A stretch of DNA of 64,000 bases from Chrysomallon squamiferum (Eukaryota; Animalia; Mollusca), in NCBI GenBank assembly GCA_012295275.1, contig CM022671.1, forward strand, positions 992,001 through 1,056,000, given 5' to 3'. Every line of letters begins with the position of its first letter. Position 1 is the stretch's first letter. A program made the translations under genes and the position numbers. Shown here piece by piece: positions 1-12,648 of this stretch. The notes beneath the pieces are model-generated. The model ran no database searches. It was not told the origin of the DNA and saw only the letters and a list, made by a program, of their open reading frames with translations.

Positions 1-3000
1 AAAAGATACGTTGATCTTTATCCAGACTCGGCAGAAGTGGACGCAGTAGCGGCAGCAGCTGTAGCAAACCTGAAGGAGAAAACCATGGAAAAGTTACCCG
101 TGTTTAACATACGTAAATCCACGGTCAAGTGGTCTTCAAAAGGCATCGATAAAAGTATACACGCCGGGTATTTGCTGAAAACATGTAACCATTTTTATAG
201 AACTGTGCAAACTTTAGTAGACAGGAATATGACAAATCGAAACAAACTCACAGATGATTCTCTTTTTCATGAAGTATCTCAACACTGGACAATAGCCAGA
301 GGACGATGCAACACGTTTGTCGGAAGAAAAGATATTTTGAAGACAGTCAGAGACTATATCATAGGAGAGTCAAACCAGGCTCTTGTCGTTTACGGTGAAT
401 CTGGCAGTGGTAAAACGTCATTCATCGCAAAGTCGTCGTCTCTGGTGAATGAATTCATCTCACAGAGTCCGAGGGGAGACGTAAATCTTGCTGTCGTCCT
501 GCGATTTGTTGGAACGACTCCAAAAAGTTCTTCCATACAGCAGTTATTACATTCAGTATGTCATCAGATTGCATACTTAACTGGCAGCTTTCGACACAAG
601 GTACCCGAAGACTATGCCAGTCTGAAGGCGTATTTCGTTGACATTGTACAGAAAGGAAATTTCAATGGAATTATTGTGATATTCTTGGACGCTCTCGACC
701 AGCTCTCGTCAAATAACGGAGCTCACACAGTTGACTGGCTGCCGTCAAGATTAGCCTCAAATGTGAAAATCATTGTTTCTACTTTGCCGGAAAAGGCTTC
801 AATATTGGAAAGACTGCGAAGTAAGATTTCAGTCAATTACATCCAGGTGACAAGTTTGCCAATGTCGGACTGTCTGAACGTCATGAAAGTTCTGTTAGAT
901 CTCTCTGACAGAGATATTTCTTATCAACAGTGGAAACTCGTCAAGGAGGCATTTCAGTATTGCACGCTTCCTCTGTTCATAACACTGACATACCAGGAGG
1001 TTATACAGTGGAGATCTTATGACAATGTCCCACCTGGAACTCTAATGCACACAGTTGAAGCATGCATTCACAAACTGTTTGACAGACTGGAAAGGAAACA
1101 CGGGAAGATGTTCGTGTCGCGAGCCCTGGGTTACATCACTGCGGCAAAGAATGGCCTCAGTGAGTCAGAACTGGAGGACATTCTGTCTCTTGATGACGAT
1201 GTTCTGAACAGCCTTTTCACTTTCTGGGAACCTCCAATCAGAAGAATCCCACCTAGTCTGTGGCCTAGTCTTTATTTAGAAATATCATCCTTTCTCGTAG
1301 AGCGTGAAGCCGACGGAATTATTGTCCTCTCCTGGTACCACATGCAGTTTGTTATAGCAGCAGTAGAAAGATATTTGGAAAAAGACGACGAATTCCACAA
1401 AATACACTGGAATATTTCAGAATACTACCTGGGAATCTGGAGTGGAAATAAAAAGAAACCTTTCAAATATCGAAGTCAGCTGATGAAAAGACTAAAACGA
1501 ACCAGCCCTGAGTCTGCTGCTTGTCGTTATGTTCCAGAACAGCCACTCATTTTGTCCAAAACAAATGTAGAGGAACGATACAACAGTAGGAAACTGAGCC
1601 AATTGCCTTACAGCTTGATCAACAGTGGTCAGTTCGGGCTAGTCAAGTCACAGTGTTTCTGTAAATTCGAATGGATATTCACGAAACTCAAAGCAACGTC
1701 TTTACAACAAGTTATAGCAGATTTTTCTTTGTTCGAGGACAGAGAGACTGAACTAGTAGCAGATGCTCTCCGAATGTCTGGATCTGCCTTAAAGATAGAT
1801 CCGAATTGCCTAGGGCCAGAAATTAGCGGTCGTCTGCTACCTCTCGTGGCAAACTACCCCATCATAAGAAATCTAGTACGTCAGTGCGACCTCACTGCAC
1901 AGCTGCGTTGCCCTTTGGTGCCGAACTGTCAAATCTACTGCGCCCCCGGTGGTCCATTACAGTACGAATGTGAAATAGATGATAATGTTAAGTCTCCGGT
2001 GGATGTTAATGTCTTCCAAAGTCCTGATGGAATTCTGATGACAGCAAAACCTTATTACAGTACTTCTTTGAAAATATGGGAATTAACACGTGGAGAAATT
2101 CGTCAAGACATGCGCATGCCCATCGGAGAAGTGCTCCACACCAAGGACGGACGTTATCTGTGCATATTCACAAAGAACAAGTTTGTAACTGTGTACAAAA
2201 CTGACTGTTCTGAAGTGTATGCAGACATTGATTACGGCTATGGTGTTGTTCTTCATGCAGATATCTCAAACAAATATATAGCTTTTACTACAGACAGAGG
2301 TGTAGGACCTGTTGTTATTGACCTGGAAATGGGTAAAGTTTTGCACAAATTTTCTTTCTATGCTCTAACTGTAGCAATTAGTCCAAATGAATCATTTCTG
2401 GCTTTCAACTCAGGGAGATCCATTTTATTATATTCGTTACCATTAATGGAAAGAAAGTGTGTTGGCCAGACAAATGATATTCCTGTCAAAATTATGTTCA
2501 CTAACAAAGCAGCGAAATGTTTTATTCTGACACAGACTAAATTCTTAGAGTCAGTACAATTCGACGTGACCAACAGAACCTCGAAAACACTTGGCGTTAT
2601 TCACGACATGGAAATCAAAGAATTCATTCTGTCGCACACTGAGAAATACATTCTAGTACGCTCGATGCGATGCATTTATATTATAACATCAAAACAGCAA
2701 GAAATAAAACATCGGTTTCAACAAATGCCACCAGGAACCTTCACAGAAACAATGTCTTCTTTCACCGGGGCCGGTTTTTCACCAAAGGATGATATGGTGA
2801 TCGCTTCTCGGTATACGTACATTGCCGTTTGGAATACGAATACAGGTGAGCCAATTAGACTTCTTCAAGCTTCAGTTTCACCAATCCTGAAACTGTTTAC
2901 GTCAAACATTCTAAACAAGGCAGTCAGCTTTCTTCAAGACAACGTGTTACAAGTGTGGAATCTGGATAATCTCGATGCAGATGTTCAGCATGCTAACGAG

Positions 3001-4476
3001 GTCATCAAAGGATCTGTATCATCACTTGACGTGTCATTCGCAACGAAAAGGATCATCTGTTGTGGTAGCAAGATTCCTGAAGCTAAAATTTTAAATTTGA
3101 TGGACGGAAAGGTCATTGAAACACTGCAGCATAGCATAGAACTGGGTGACTACCTCACTGACGTTCAGCTGTCTCCTAAAGGACGTTATGCTGTAACCAG
3201 AGCAATTATTAACGAAAAAGGCGAAGATGCTATTCCTGATTGCAGATTCTCGACAGATGACATCATATGGAATATGCAGACATTGAAAGTGATATATCAG
3301 ATGAAAAACAGCAGATACGTTCTCTTCAACAAATCCAGCTCTTTAATTAGTGTAATCGAGATTCTCCGCTATAATCCTTACGACTGGGTTTACAATGAAT
3401 ATAATATAACTATTCTGCGACCCGAAGTGGACGAAACGCTGACTGAATTTCAGTACCAACTACCCAACATGTCGGAATTTCTGAGTAAACCAATGTTGTA
3501 TTCCAGCCTATATGAAGAATCCCGCTACGATGCTTTTATTTCGGTCATTCAGACGTGTGTAAAAGAATATCACCCAGTCACGAAAGTTGAAGTTTCCAGA
3601 TCATTTGAGCAGAAGCTCTTTATTCAGAGAGTGGAAGAAAACGCAGAAGAGAAACTTGTCGTTGTCCAAGACTTGCTGAAACATGCAGACCCAAAGGACA
3701 TGTTCCTTGACGTCAGAACCACTCCCAGTAATCAACTGTTTTTGATTTATGGCAAAAATGTGGAGCAAGCAGCATTTGACGACGTTCGCGGGCTAATTCC
3801 GCCGCCAGATGTTTACAAGGGCGCCATCATCTACGACCCCGTCACAGGATGCATCATTCGTCACTTCTTCAATGTCATAAAACCAGATTCTGATCTCGCC
3901 TACACTTATTTCTCCAGATATGGATCTATAATTCTCGACAGCAAAATGAGGGTGTTTGATCAGGTGAAGAATAGACAGTTAACTACAATAAATACAGAGT
4001 TTGTCCCAGATTCAGCTAAACTGGCACTGGATGGGAAATATTTAATTGGACTTTCAAAGGACGCGAGTTCGGTTCTGGTCATCAGGACCACAGATGGCCA
4101 GCAGAAAGGTCGTTTGTTCGTCCATGGCCGGGGAACATGTCTCAAAGTGGCAAAAGATGACAGAACAATCATTGTTGGATGTTCTGATGGAAGAGTTATG
4201 ATCCTTAGTTTAATTCTCGAATTCAGCGATCCGTGCAAAGAATACATAGACAAACTTCCCAGTAGAAAGAACGTTGTTAAACAGATGTCTCTGATGAAGA
4301 TGGACATAAACAACGTCACCACAGTTACTCCAGACCTCGTTCGCTTGTCACAGAAACTGCGTGATAAAATGAAGTCGTCAGTACGCAAACAGCCGAGTTT
4401 CCAAACCCTGACCACAGCGGTTACACTCACAAACCGCGCAAATAAGTTGAGGTCCACAGCTTGTTCTATTCAGTGA
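1..4476 (+). CDS. NACHT- and WD40-domain protein (NWD1/NWD2-like STAND NTPase), 5'-partial, one very long exon
   Basis: Frame 1 is open from base 1 (KRYVDLYPDSAEV...), so the GTG at 37 is not a real start. Walker A GESGSGKT at 394-417 and Walker B IVIFLDALDQL. NWD-type segments VVLRFVGTTPKSS, GLSESELEDILSLDDDVL and RRIPPSLW. Degenerate WD40 repeats follow (LKIWEL, IAVWNT, LQVWNL, IIVGCSDGRV). TGA at 4474-4476. Confidence 0.9.
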   Translation, partial: KRYVDLYPDSAEVDAVAAAAVANLKEKTMEKLPVFNIRKSTVKWSSKGIDKSIHAGYLLKTCNHFYRTVQTLVDRNMTNRNKLTDDSLFHEVSQHWTIARGRCNTFVGRKDILKTVRDYIIGESNQALVVYGESGSGKTSFIAKSSSLVNEFISQSPRGDVNLAVVLRFVGTTPKSSSIQQLLHSVCHQIAYLTGSFRHKVPEDYASLKAYFVDIVQKGNFNGIIVIFLDALDQLSSNNGAHTVDWLPSRLASNVKIIVSTLPEKASILERLRSKISVNYIQVTSLPMSDCLNVMKVLLDLSDRDISYQQWKLVKEAFQYCTLPLFITLTYQEVIQWRSYDNVPPGTLMHTVEACIHKLFDRLERKHGKMFVSRALGYITAAKNGLSESELEDILSLDDDVLNSLFTFWEPPIRRIPPSLWPSLYLEISSFLVEREADGIIVLSWYHMQFVIAAVERYLEKDDEFHKIHWNISEYYLGIWSGNKKKPFKYRSQLMKRLKRTSPESAACRYVPEQPLILSKTNVEERYNSRKLSQLPYSLINSGQFGLVKSQCFCKFEWIFTKLKATSLQQVIADFSLFEDRETELVADALRMSGSALKIDPNCLGPEISGRLLPLVANYPIIRNLVRQCDLTAQLRCPLVPNCQIYCAPGGPLQYECEIDDNVKSPVDVNVFQSPDGILMTAKPYYSTSLKIWELTRGEIRQDMRMPIGEVLHTKDGRYLCIFTKNKFVTVYKTDCSEVYADIDYGYGVVLHADISNKYIAFTTDRGVGPVVIDLEMGKVLHKFSFYALTVAISPNESFLAFNSGRSILLYSLPLMERKCVGQTNDIPVKIMFTNKAAKCFILTQTKFLESVQFDVTNRTSKTLGVIHDMEIKEFILSHTEKYILVRSMRCIYIITSKQQEIKHRFQQMPPGTFTETMSSFTGAGFSPKDDMVIASRYTYIAVWNTNTGEPIRLLQASVSPILKLFTSNILNKAVSFLQDNVLQVWNLDNLDADVQHANEVIKGSVSSLDVSFATKRIICCGSKIPEAKILNLMDGKVIETLQHSIELGDYLTDVQLSPKGRYAVTRAIINEKGEDAIPDCRFSTDDIIWNMQTLKVIYQMKNSRYVLFNKSSSLISVIEILRYNPYDWVYNEYNITILRPEVDETLTEFQYQLPNMSEFLSKPMLYSSLYEESRYDAFISVIQTCVKEYHPVTKVEVSRSFEQKLFIQRVEENAEEKLVVVQDLLKHADPKDMFLDVRTTPSNQLFLIYGKNVEQAAFDDVRGLIPPPDVYKGAIIYDPVTGCIIRHFFNVIKPDSDLAYTYFSRYGSIILDSKMRVFDQVKNRQLTTINTEFVPDSAKLALDGKYLIGLSKDASSVLVIRTTDGQQKGRLFVHGRGTCLKVAKDDRTIIVGCSDGRVMILSLILEFSDPCKEYIDKLPSRKNVVKQMSLMKMDINNVTTVTPDLVRLSQKLRDKMKSSVRKQPSFQTLTTAVTLTNRANKLRSTACSIQ

Positions 4477-7462
4477 CTAAGATCAGTTTGAACTATATCT
4501 CACCAAATACTTTACTCTTAAAAATGTGAGAAGACATGGAACATGCAGAAGTTTTAGAGGAATAATATTTATTGTTTAGAGCACTATACCATTGGTTAGA
4601 AAACGAAATAAACTGAAATTAACCGGCCGCGATAGAGAGAAATATTAACCTGGAAAAGAGAAGTTATACTGAAAATTTCACAAAAACATCAAATGATTAG
4701 AATGAACATGGGACCTCCATAAAAAGTGGAATTAATAGAGTAGACATGATGTATTTTTATAAAACAAAAACAAATAGTAATAACAGTAATAATAAATAAA
4801 AATGTTTTCCATAAATAATGGTCCTATAGTCCCTATAAATCGTGTTAACATAAATGAATATCTTTTAAGGATAAATTAATAATTCAAAACTGATTAATTT
4901 AATATTGTAGACTTTATGCAATATATTACATTTGTTAAGCTCTAAATCATTTTACATTATTATAATTCGCTTTTGATCATAAAAATATTCATATTTGAAA
5001 TTAACTTTGGCTTTTGTGTGTAAATGATTATAAAAATGTACGTTTTTATGAAACCAAACTAATTCACGTACCCATAACTACTGGGAAACTAAACGTATTT
5101 GTGGCATTTCATAATTATATTTATATAAATTTATTTATTTATTCATCTGTGTAAGTATGAAAATTGTCACATAAAGCATTATTAAATTTATTTTCATTAC
5201 TTGGCTGCAAATGTTTGTGTTTACATTTTTCACTAATAACATAATGTTACAGGAACATTTTTTTCTCTTGTGCAGTTTCAATTGGGAAAATGTACAAAAA
5301 TATATTTCAAATATGAAGGCAAATGTTTGGATCCACGCATTCCTATAATTTATTTTATTGCTTTATTTCAGTAGCAGACTGATCATATACACAAACACAT
5401 AAAATACACTGGGAAAATGTACAAACTGTTTCAAATGTTTGTTCAAACGTCCAAGATGTTTTTTAAAAGAGAATTTAAAATTTAAATTTCGGTGAAATGC
5501 CAAATAAAAATCTTTGCTTAAAGCCTAGTTATATAGCTTGCCAACAAACACTATTACTGTACCTCTTTTCTCATACAAGACTTTCTATTATGTATTTTTT
5601 AATTAACTTCTGATAAATGTCCAAATGGATTTTGTATCATTTTAACTGTTTTGTTTCTGAAGACCAGCTATATTTCCCACTTTATGTATGCGAGATACTA
5701 TCTTTTATGTAAAATTTACATAAATTAAAATACGAAGGGAATAAAATTTTAAAAAAAACAAGTAATAAAATCCTTCAAAGTTTTATTACCGGAAAACCAG
5801 AATCTATACAATCAACAAAATAATAATGGATAAGCACAAAGCTAAAATAAAAAAAAAAATAAAAAAAAAATAAACCCACACACCTTTTCCCCAATCTAGT
5901 AATGAAATGTTAACTTATGAATATGTATATTTACATTCATGTGGAATTTACTTGCCTGAATGGTGATATAGTAAAGTCCTTAAAACTAGAAAACCATTTT
6001 TCTTTTGATACAGTAAAACATCTGAGAATCAAATATTTAAACTTCCATGTAATAATGCCTTTTTGTGACTTCACACAATTTGTAAGATAACCTATTACAA
6101 AAGTGAAGGTCATCATTTTTGAACTGTCATAAAGTAACAGCTTAATAATGTACAGAATGAATTTACATCATCTTTATGTATCATGACAGGTCAGTTAAAA
6201 CATTTACACATTTTTGTGTTGTTTTGGCCAACTTTTATCATTTTAAACAAGTTAATAATGAAAACAAAAAAACAAACAACATTTTTGCATTCTGGGTAAC
6301 TTTTTTAATTGTAACTATCCAATAGGTAATATAACATTTAAGGTAAATGTGCAAAAACCATGTAGACTCATAGAACATATTGCTAACAGTTCAAACAAAT
6401 AACATGATACACAAACCTTTGGTAACACCCTGCATCACAGAATTCCAAACTGAACAAATATACCCGAATTACTTTTTACTGACAAACAAAAACTGAGCAT
6501 TTTCTAAAATCTGTACAGACAATTAACAAGAAACTTTACATCGTTTTAAATCAGAAAAGAATCATTTTACTGATTAAATTCAGAAAAGGAAGATTGTATA
6601 AATTTAAACTCTGTTTGAAAAGCATTATGATTAAATATTTGGTACAAACTAAGTATGTTGTCACAGGCAATTCCCAGTTATTTTTTACTTCTAGAAATAT
6701 ACAGATATTACTTTCTTCCACTGATCTGACCTTCCAATAATCGACATTTTAAGAATTAAAGATTCTATATATTTTTTTTTTTTTTTTTTATATGGCACTA
6801 GTAGTATATCTTTACATAATCAGATATATATATTAAACAAAGCACTAGAAATTTAACACATACATGTTATATAAAATTGAAAATGTAGAGAGCAGCAATA
6901 TAAATTAATACCAAAAATACACACCACCAGTGGTATGCTTTTTCCTCCATATTCAGATCAGTTTAAAGAATTACTTTATAAATTCTTAGTCCAGTTCATG
7001 AAATTCTTTTTATAAACTTAAAATTTGAAATATATTTCAGAACTACTGTTAAAGATAATTAAAAAATGCTCTGTACTTTGTAACAAGTTAAAAAGAAAAC
7101 AAAACTAATAAAGTAAAGCCACAGTTCACATATACATGTACATACAGATGCAATATACAAGGCATAGAATATCAATCAGCATTAGTGTTTTATACATTAG
7201 AAATACTGTATTTTTTTATAAAATCACAACTACATTTTAAAAAAAATATAATGGAAATTTCTGCTGATATGATACCATTACTAAATTTCACAATCATTAT
7301 GAAGCAATTAAATTTGACAAACCTTAATTAAAAAAAAAAATAATAAAAATAAAGAAAAAGTATGTGTATGTATTTAAAGCAGTAACCAGAATCTGCTAGA
7401 AAAAGGGATCAAAAGTTTCGCTGAACTGATTTGAACACTAGTCCATCTCGTCACTGTAATGT

Positions 7463-10400
7463 CTAGTATGCATGATCAGCAACAAAGAGAGACTGGCCTG
7501 CAGCAGCTCCTGAGACATCACCTTTGTATTTACCAAGGGCAGCCAGAGAATTAGCCTGAAAAACATCAAAAGTCATTCTTGTCATCCAGTTTTGATAATA
7601 AATAGTAATGAAAAAAAATAAATAAATAAAATTAAATATAGTAGTATAAGCTTGTGTAAGCAGTTATAACCTATAGTTTCAAAAAAAAAAAAAAAAAAAA
7701 AAAAAATAATAGAAACCCACCTTTTTCAGAGAAATAAGCAAGAAATTAAGAATAAAATAAAATATGACTGGTTATCATTATGAACACATTTTAACAGTTG
7801 TAAAACATTTGAGCAGTAACAACAGGATCTTGATTGTGTGTGTGTGTGTGTATAAAAATTTCAGAATCAGCCTGTGATTCAGAGTTTTCCTAAAAGCTAA
7901 CCTTTGCACGTTTCATGAGTTCACTCTGTGCAGCTTGGATGTTGTCATCCTGTCCCTTCCACGCCTGCAGCACACTGGCCTGCAGAGCTCGGCCAAACGA
8001 GAAGGTCAGAGCCCATGGCTTACGTCCCTGAAACTGGTTGACAGCGTTCAGATTCAACGTGGCATCTTCCTCCGACATGCCTCCAGACAGAAAGGTGACT
8101 CCTGAAACAAAACATCATTATATTAGTTAATTCAAGCCAAAGTTGTAAATTTTTCAGACACACAGATTCAAAAGTGTGCACGTACCTGTGTTTAAGCTAG
8201 AAGCCACACGTGCCAATACTAAATGGGTACATTAATCAAGGGAAGAACCTCACTTAGTGACTGTTTTAACAACACCCTTATGTTTTTATTGTTAATGGTT
8301 TTAAGATATAAGATGTAGAGTTTTGGAAAAATGAGAGGCTACTTGCCCATTTAAAGGCATAAATTATTATATGTGAAATTCTGACACAGGTTAAAATTCT
8401 GTGTGCATACAGAAGATTATTGATCATGGAAATTTGTAGCAAGGCCTACATTAACTATAGAGCTTAACACTGTTCAAGATTGGGCTGAACAATTTCAAAG
8501 GTACACAAGTTTACAGTTATACCTGTAACTGCTGGTGGTACAGTTCTCGACAGTGCTTCCACTGTGGCTCGTCCATTTTCTTCATGTTTGAACTTCTTGC
8601 TGCAGCTCTGTCCTGCTGTGACCATGTTGGGTTTGAGAAGAGTTCCTTCCAGGAACACATGATGATCTGACAGAGCCTTGTAGGTGAAGGCCAGAACCTG
8701 AATATACATTTAAAACTGTCAAAATATCTGGTACTTAGTGGAAAGTAGCTTTATTTCTGACAATATTTTTGGCAGTAATGTTAAACACAAACACATACAA
8801 AAGAAAACTAACAAAACTGTAGCTAATTATGTTCTTAAACATTTAATTATAACATGCATTATTGGTACTGTGTTCATTATCTGACAATGCCATCAATATC
8901 GTTCAATCTATTTCAATCTGCTTTTAATAATTACCTTTTCTGTGACTCTCTGAGCTTCTTCCAGGTCATGATCACCATCAGGCAAAACTTCAGGCTCAAC
9001 AATTGGCACAAGCCCATTCTGAAAAACATCAAGTGTTTCAGTGTCAACAAATGAAACATTACTTTAACAAACACCAAAGATTACTTAATAGCAATATCAG
9101 TAATATTATTTGTTGCCTGTCTGCTGTGATAGAGTAGCTGCAGTTGATACAGTTTTTGATTATCATTACAATTACATTACATACAATAAAATATGTTACA
9201 GAGATTCAGTCTTTCTACCAAGAAACAATTTCTTATTTCTTAACTATTAAAATGATTAGTCAAAAGGCAAAAAAGAAAATCTTTTTGATTGATGATGAGG
9301 AAGTGCTGACATTAATATAGTAAAAACAGTGAATATTTTACCTGCTGGCAAATTGATGCATATCGTGCAAGCACATTGGCATTCTCCAACATAGCCTGGT
9401 ATGATGGTGTGTGTGGGCCAATCTTCAGCACACAGCGCCACTTGGCAAACTGTGCTCCATTCTTTTTGTACTCGGCACATCTTTCTGACAGTCCATCAAG
9501 ACCTGTAAGAAAAAAAAACATTTCTTAATGCTCCAGAATATTTCTTTACACTTTGTATCAACATACTTTTAAATAAATATTTGGATCAGTGTGCCAAAAG
9601 CAATGATCATCTATGATAATCATCAACTTTATATTTTACAAAGATATCACAACATTTCAGCATAATCTAACAAATTAACTTTTTTTTTAAATACCCTGAG
9701 TGGTGCTTTCGTTGAAAGATCCAGCCAATGGGACAACACCCTTGTCAACTTTGATTCCTGGAATAATGCCTTTGCTCTGGAGAAGCTTTGGAAATGGAAC
9801 ACCTTTGCTGTCCTTCTGGAAGAACGTTTCATGAAACAAGATCACACCACCAATGTGATTGGCAATTTCATTGTCACAGGTGAACAGAAGTTCCCTGTAT
9901 TTTCTGCGATTTTCTTCTGTGTTTTCCAGTCCTATGTTGGCAAATCTCTTACCAATGGTTCCTACATTAAAAATAAAGGTGACAGTTTTAACAGTGATTT
10001 ATCCTTTATCAAAAAAAAAAAAAAAAATTGAATGTAACAAGAACGTTAAATATACTAAATCTTTAAAAACAAAAAAAGAAATATTTAACTATTTATCCCT
10101 GTTCCTTGAATTAATAAAAATTCATATTTAATGTTTATACTTTATTATTTATTCAACAGAACAAAACGATCACCATTAAGGTGAAATTGAATACTGCACA
10201 TCAACAATGAGAACTGAAATTTGTTTTCAAACATTTTAATTTACAAATGCAGCATTTAGGCCTACTTGTTATATATGCAATACTGTTTGCACATCTAAAC
10301 AAGTTCAGCACAATACTGTAATTTCAATGCTAAATCAGTTTTAAATAATCGAACTGTCTACCTGCTGAGCACTTTTTAAATTCAAATACAATAAAAAAAA

Positions 10401-10525
10401 TCATAATACTAACCTGTGGATTCATCAGCAGCTAGGATTCCTTTTCCTGGAGCCACGATAGCATTGGCAATTTTACGGAGTTCATCTTCCTTATCTTTTG
10501 GGAGGTAATTTTGAAAGGGTGGCAT
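7463..10525 (-). CDS. ALDO: Fructose-bisphosphate aldolase, class I (363 aa, 7 coding exons)
   Basis: Exons 10414-10525, 9695-9961, 9342-9502, 8935-9018, 8523-8697, 7902-8101 and 7463-7555 total 1092 nt; all introns GT-AG and in phase. Motifs: [39 protein letters not shown], Schiff-base [21 protein letters not shown] and C-terminal LFVADHAY*. An acceptor at 10540-10541 implies an upstream non-coding exon. Confidence 0.97.
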
Positions 10526-10624
10526 TTTTACTCGTCTAACTGAAAAATAGAAATATAAAACTAACGTTAACAAAAAACTGGCTTTAAGAAATTAGTAATT
10601 CCTCCCCTAACAATCACACACAAA

Positions 10625-10664
<40 letters not shown>

Positions 10665-12583
10665 ATAATAACAGGTAATAATAAAATAGCACTAATTTTT
10701 GTAATGTAATTTGAGACAGAACATGTGAACATGACTTGTAGATAAACATGTGCTAGATAAACAAGTGAAGCAAAACAATAGGGGTTGATCCTGGCTATTT
10801 GTTATTGTTTATTTGCTTTGTTACTAACAAAAGGCCATCCATAACAAATTATTTTAAATCATTTTTTTTTTGATGACATTATTTATTATTATTTTGGGTA
10901 GTGGTGGAGATGGTGTGTAACTTCACTGCAATTTACAAACAGTAGATCTGTGGCTGTGCAAACAAAATAATTGTTAAGTTTTATATTCTTCCAAGTATTT
11001 GTATTGACCTTGACAAAACTGAAAGACTACATATGGATTTGTATTATTGTAAAACCGATTTACAACAAGAAAATTATTTAGAACACAAAATTTATTTTTT
11101 TATATCATTTGCACCATTTAATACTACACAATTTATATTCTTAGTAACAGCCAGAAACGTCTATATTGGTAAAGATCTAGGTATTTTCAACTTCTAACCA
11201 ATGACCTTCACAATGACCTTCAACAAAATTATGTAAATTATTCTTATTTACAAGTTGAAGACTGCAGGTGTGAAGCTCTGAAACAACTGATTTATCAAAA
11301 CAAGATACAGTTTCTATTATCAGTATTAAATTAACAAAATGGTCAATCATAGTCTTAAAATTCATACTAATTAAATCAGATTTTGTTGCTGAATTATTAA
11401 ATGAAAATCCAGATATTTAGTTTTGATGACTCCTGGAAAATCAGTCCATTTTAAAAACTACCATTATATTTAATCAACATTTTCTTTTTAAAACTTTTTA
11501 TTATTTTCTATTCAATTCTACAGGTATAATGAATTTTAAGTTACTCTACTCCCAGAGACAGAGTATGATTTCTAAATATATGAAGTGCCTATTGTCATTT
11601 ATAGAGCACTGATGGATATATATAATGTCAAAACAACAATACTGAATTCAGATATCAAATCTAAGTAATATGTAAACAGTAAAATAATGTCTTTAGTGTA
11701 CATACTATTCTGAAATGACCAAAAATAATAAATTAATAAATTATATTAATCATTAAATTGCAGGACCATTTTCTATTAGATATATATGGTGGATACCGCC
11801 TTGTTTTAATAAACAAATTAATAATGAATTTAAATTACAACAAAAAAATATTAAATTTTTAAAAATAAAATACAAAATTATGATTTTGTTTTTAAATTAT
11901 AGAAATTTGTTGTTTTTTTTACATAATTATGATATCTTTACTATGAAATATTGCTTACAACTATTTGGCAATTAATCATGAATGTTTCAAATCACTTTTT
12001 TTTATTTTTTTTTTTTTTCTCTATGGGACTTGTAAAACTGAAAGTCAAGGTCGTTACAACGAAAGTCGGACAAACAAGTTCAGGCCCAAGGACACAACTA
12101 TCCATATAAATAAAAAAGCTAATTCTTGCTTTTTATTAACGATTTAACAAAACTGCATAAACCAACTTTGCACTGTACCATAAACAATCATAAAACAAAT
12201 CAAAACACAGATGACTTACACTGTAACGATGCACAAAATAAAAGAACAGTTCCAATGAAACAACGTCAAATGCCACGGAATTCAGAAGGAGGTTGAGTAA
12301 AGAAAAGGATATGACGTTTGCAATATTATAATTTTATTATAATTTATTTTGCCCTTAACGGTTCGCACCAATTAAATCATGACCCTACTGTAAGTCGTCC
12401 GGAGTTTGCTATAAATATATTAAAGCTTAATCCGTAATATTTTCAAAAATAATTTAATGATCGTAAACGAAATGGTCATGGTAACTGTATGCATAAATGA
12501 AAAAGATCATGAAAACATATTCTATAATTTTGCCTGTAAATATGAAATCCATAGATTTTGTTATAGAAAATCTAACGTTATTT

Positions 12584-12585
<2 letters not shown>

Positions 12586-12643
<58 letters not shown>
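12586..12643. repeat. (GA)n microsatellite
   Basis: Perfect GA run read directly; it produces the spurious SLSLSL ORF. Confidence 0.95.

Positions 12644-12648
<5 letters not shown>

Noticed and set aside
37-39. ORF-track start of the 1479-aa protein
   Set aside because: It is a GTG in a frame already open from base 1; the real start lies upstream of the window.
3960-4457. 165-aa antisense ORF (also 2358-2573)
   Set aside because: Shadow of the NWD coding strand with no recognisable domain.
4477-7462. Duplicated alternative last exons of aldolase, as in Drosophila Ald
   Set aside because: I found no second ...HAY-like terminal exon; the region looks like convergent 3' UTRs.
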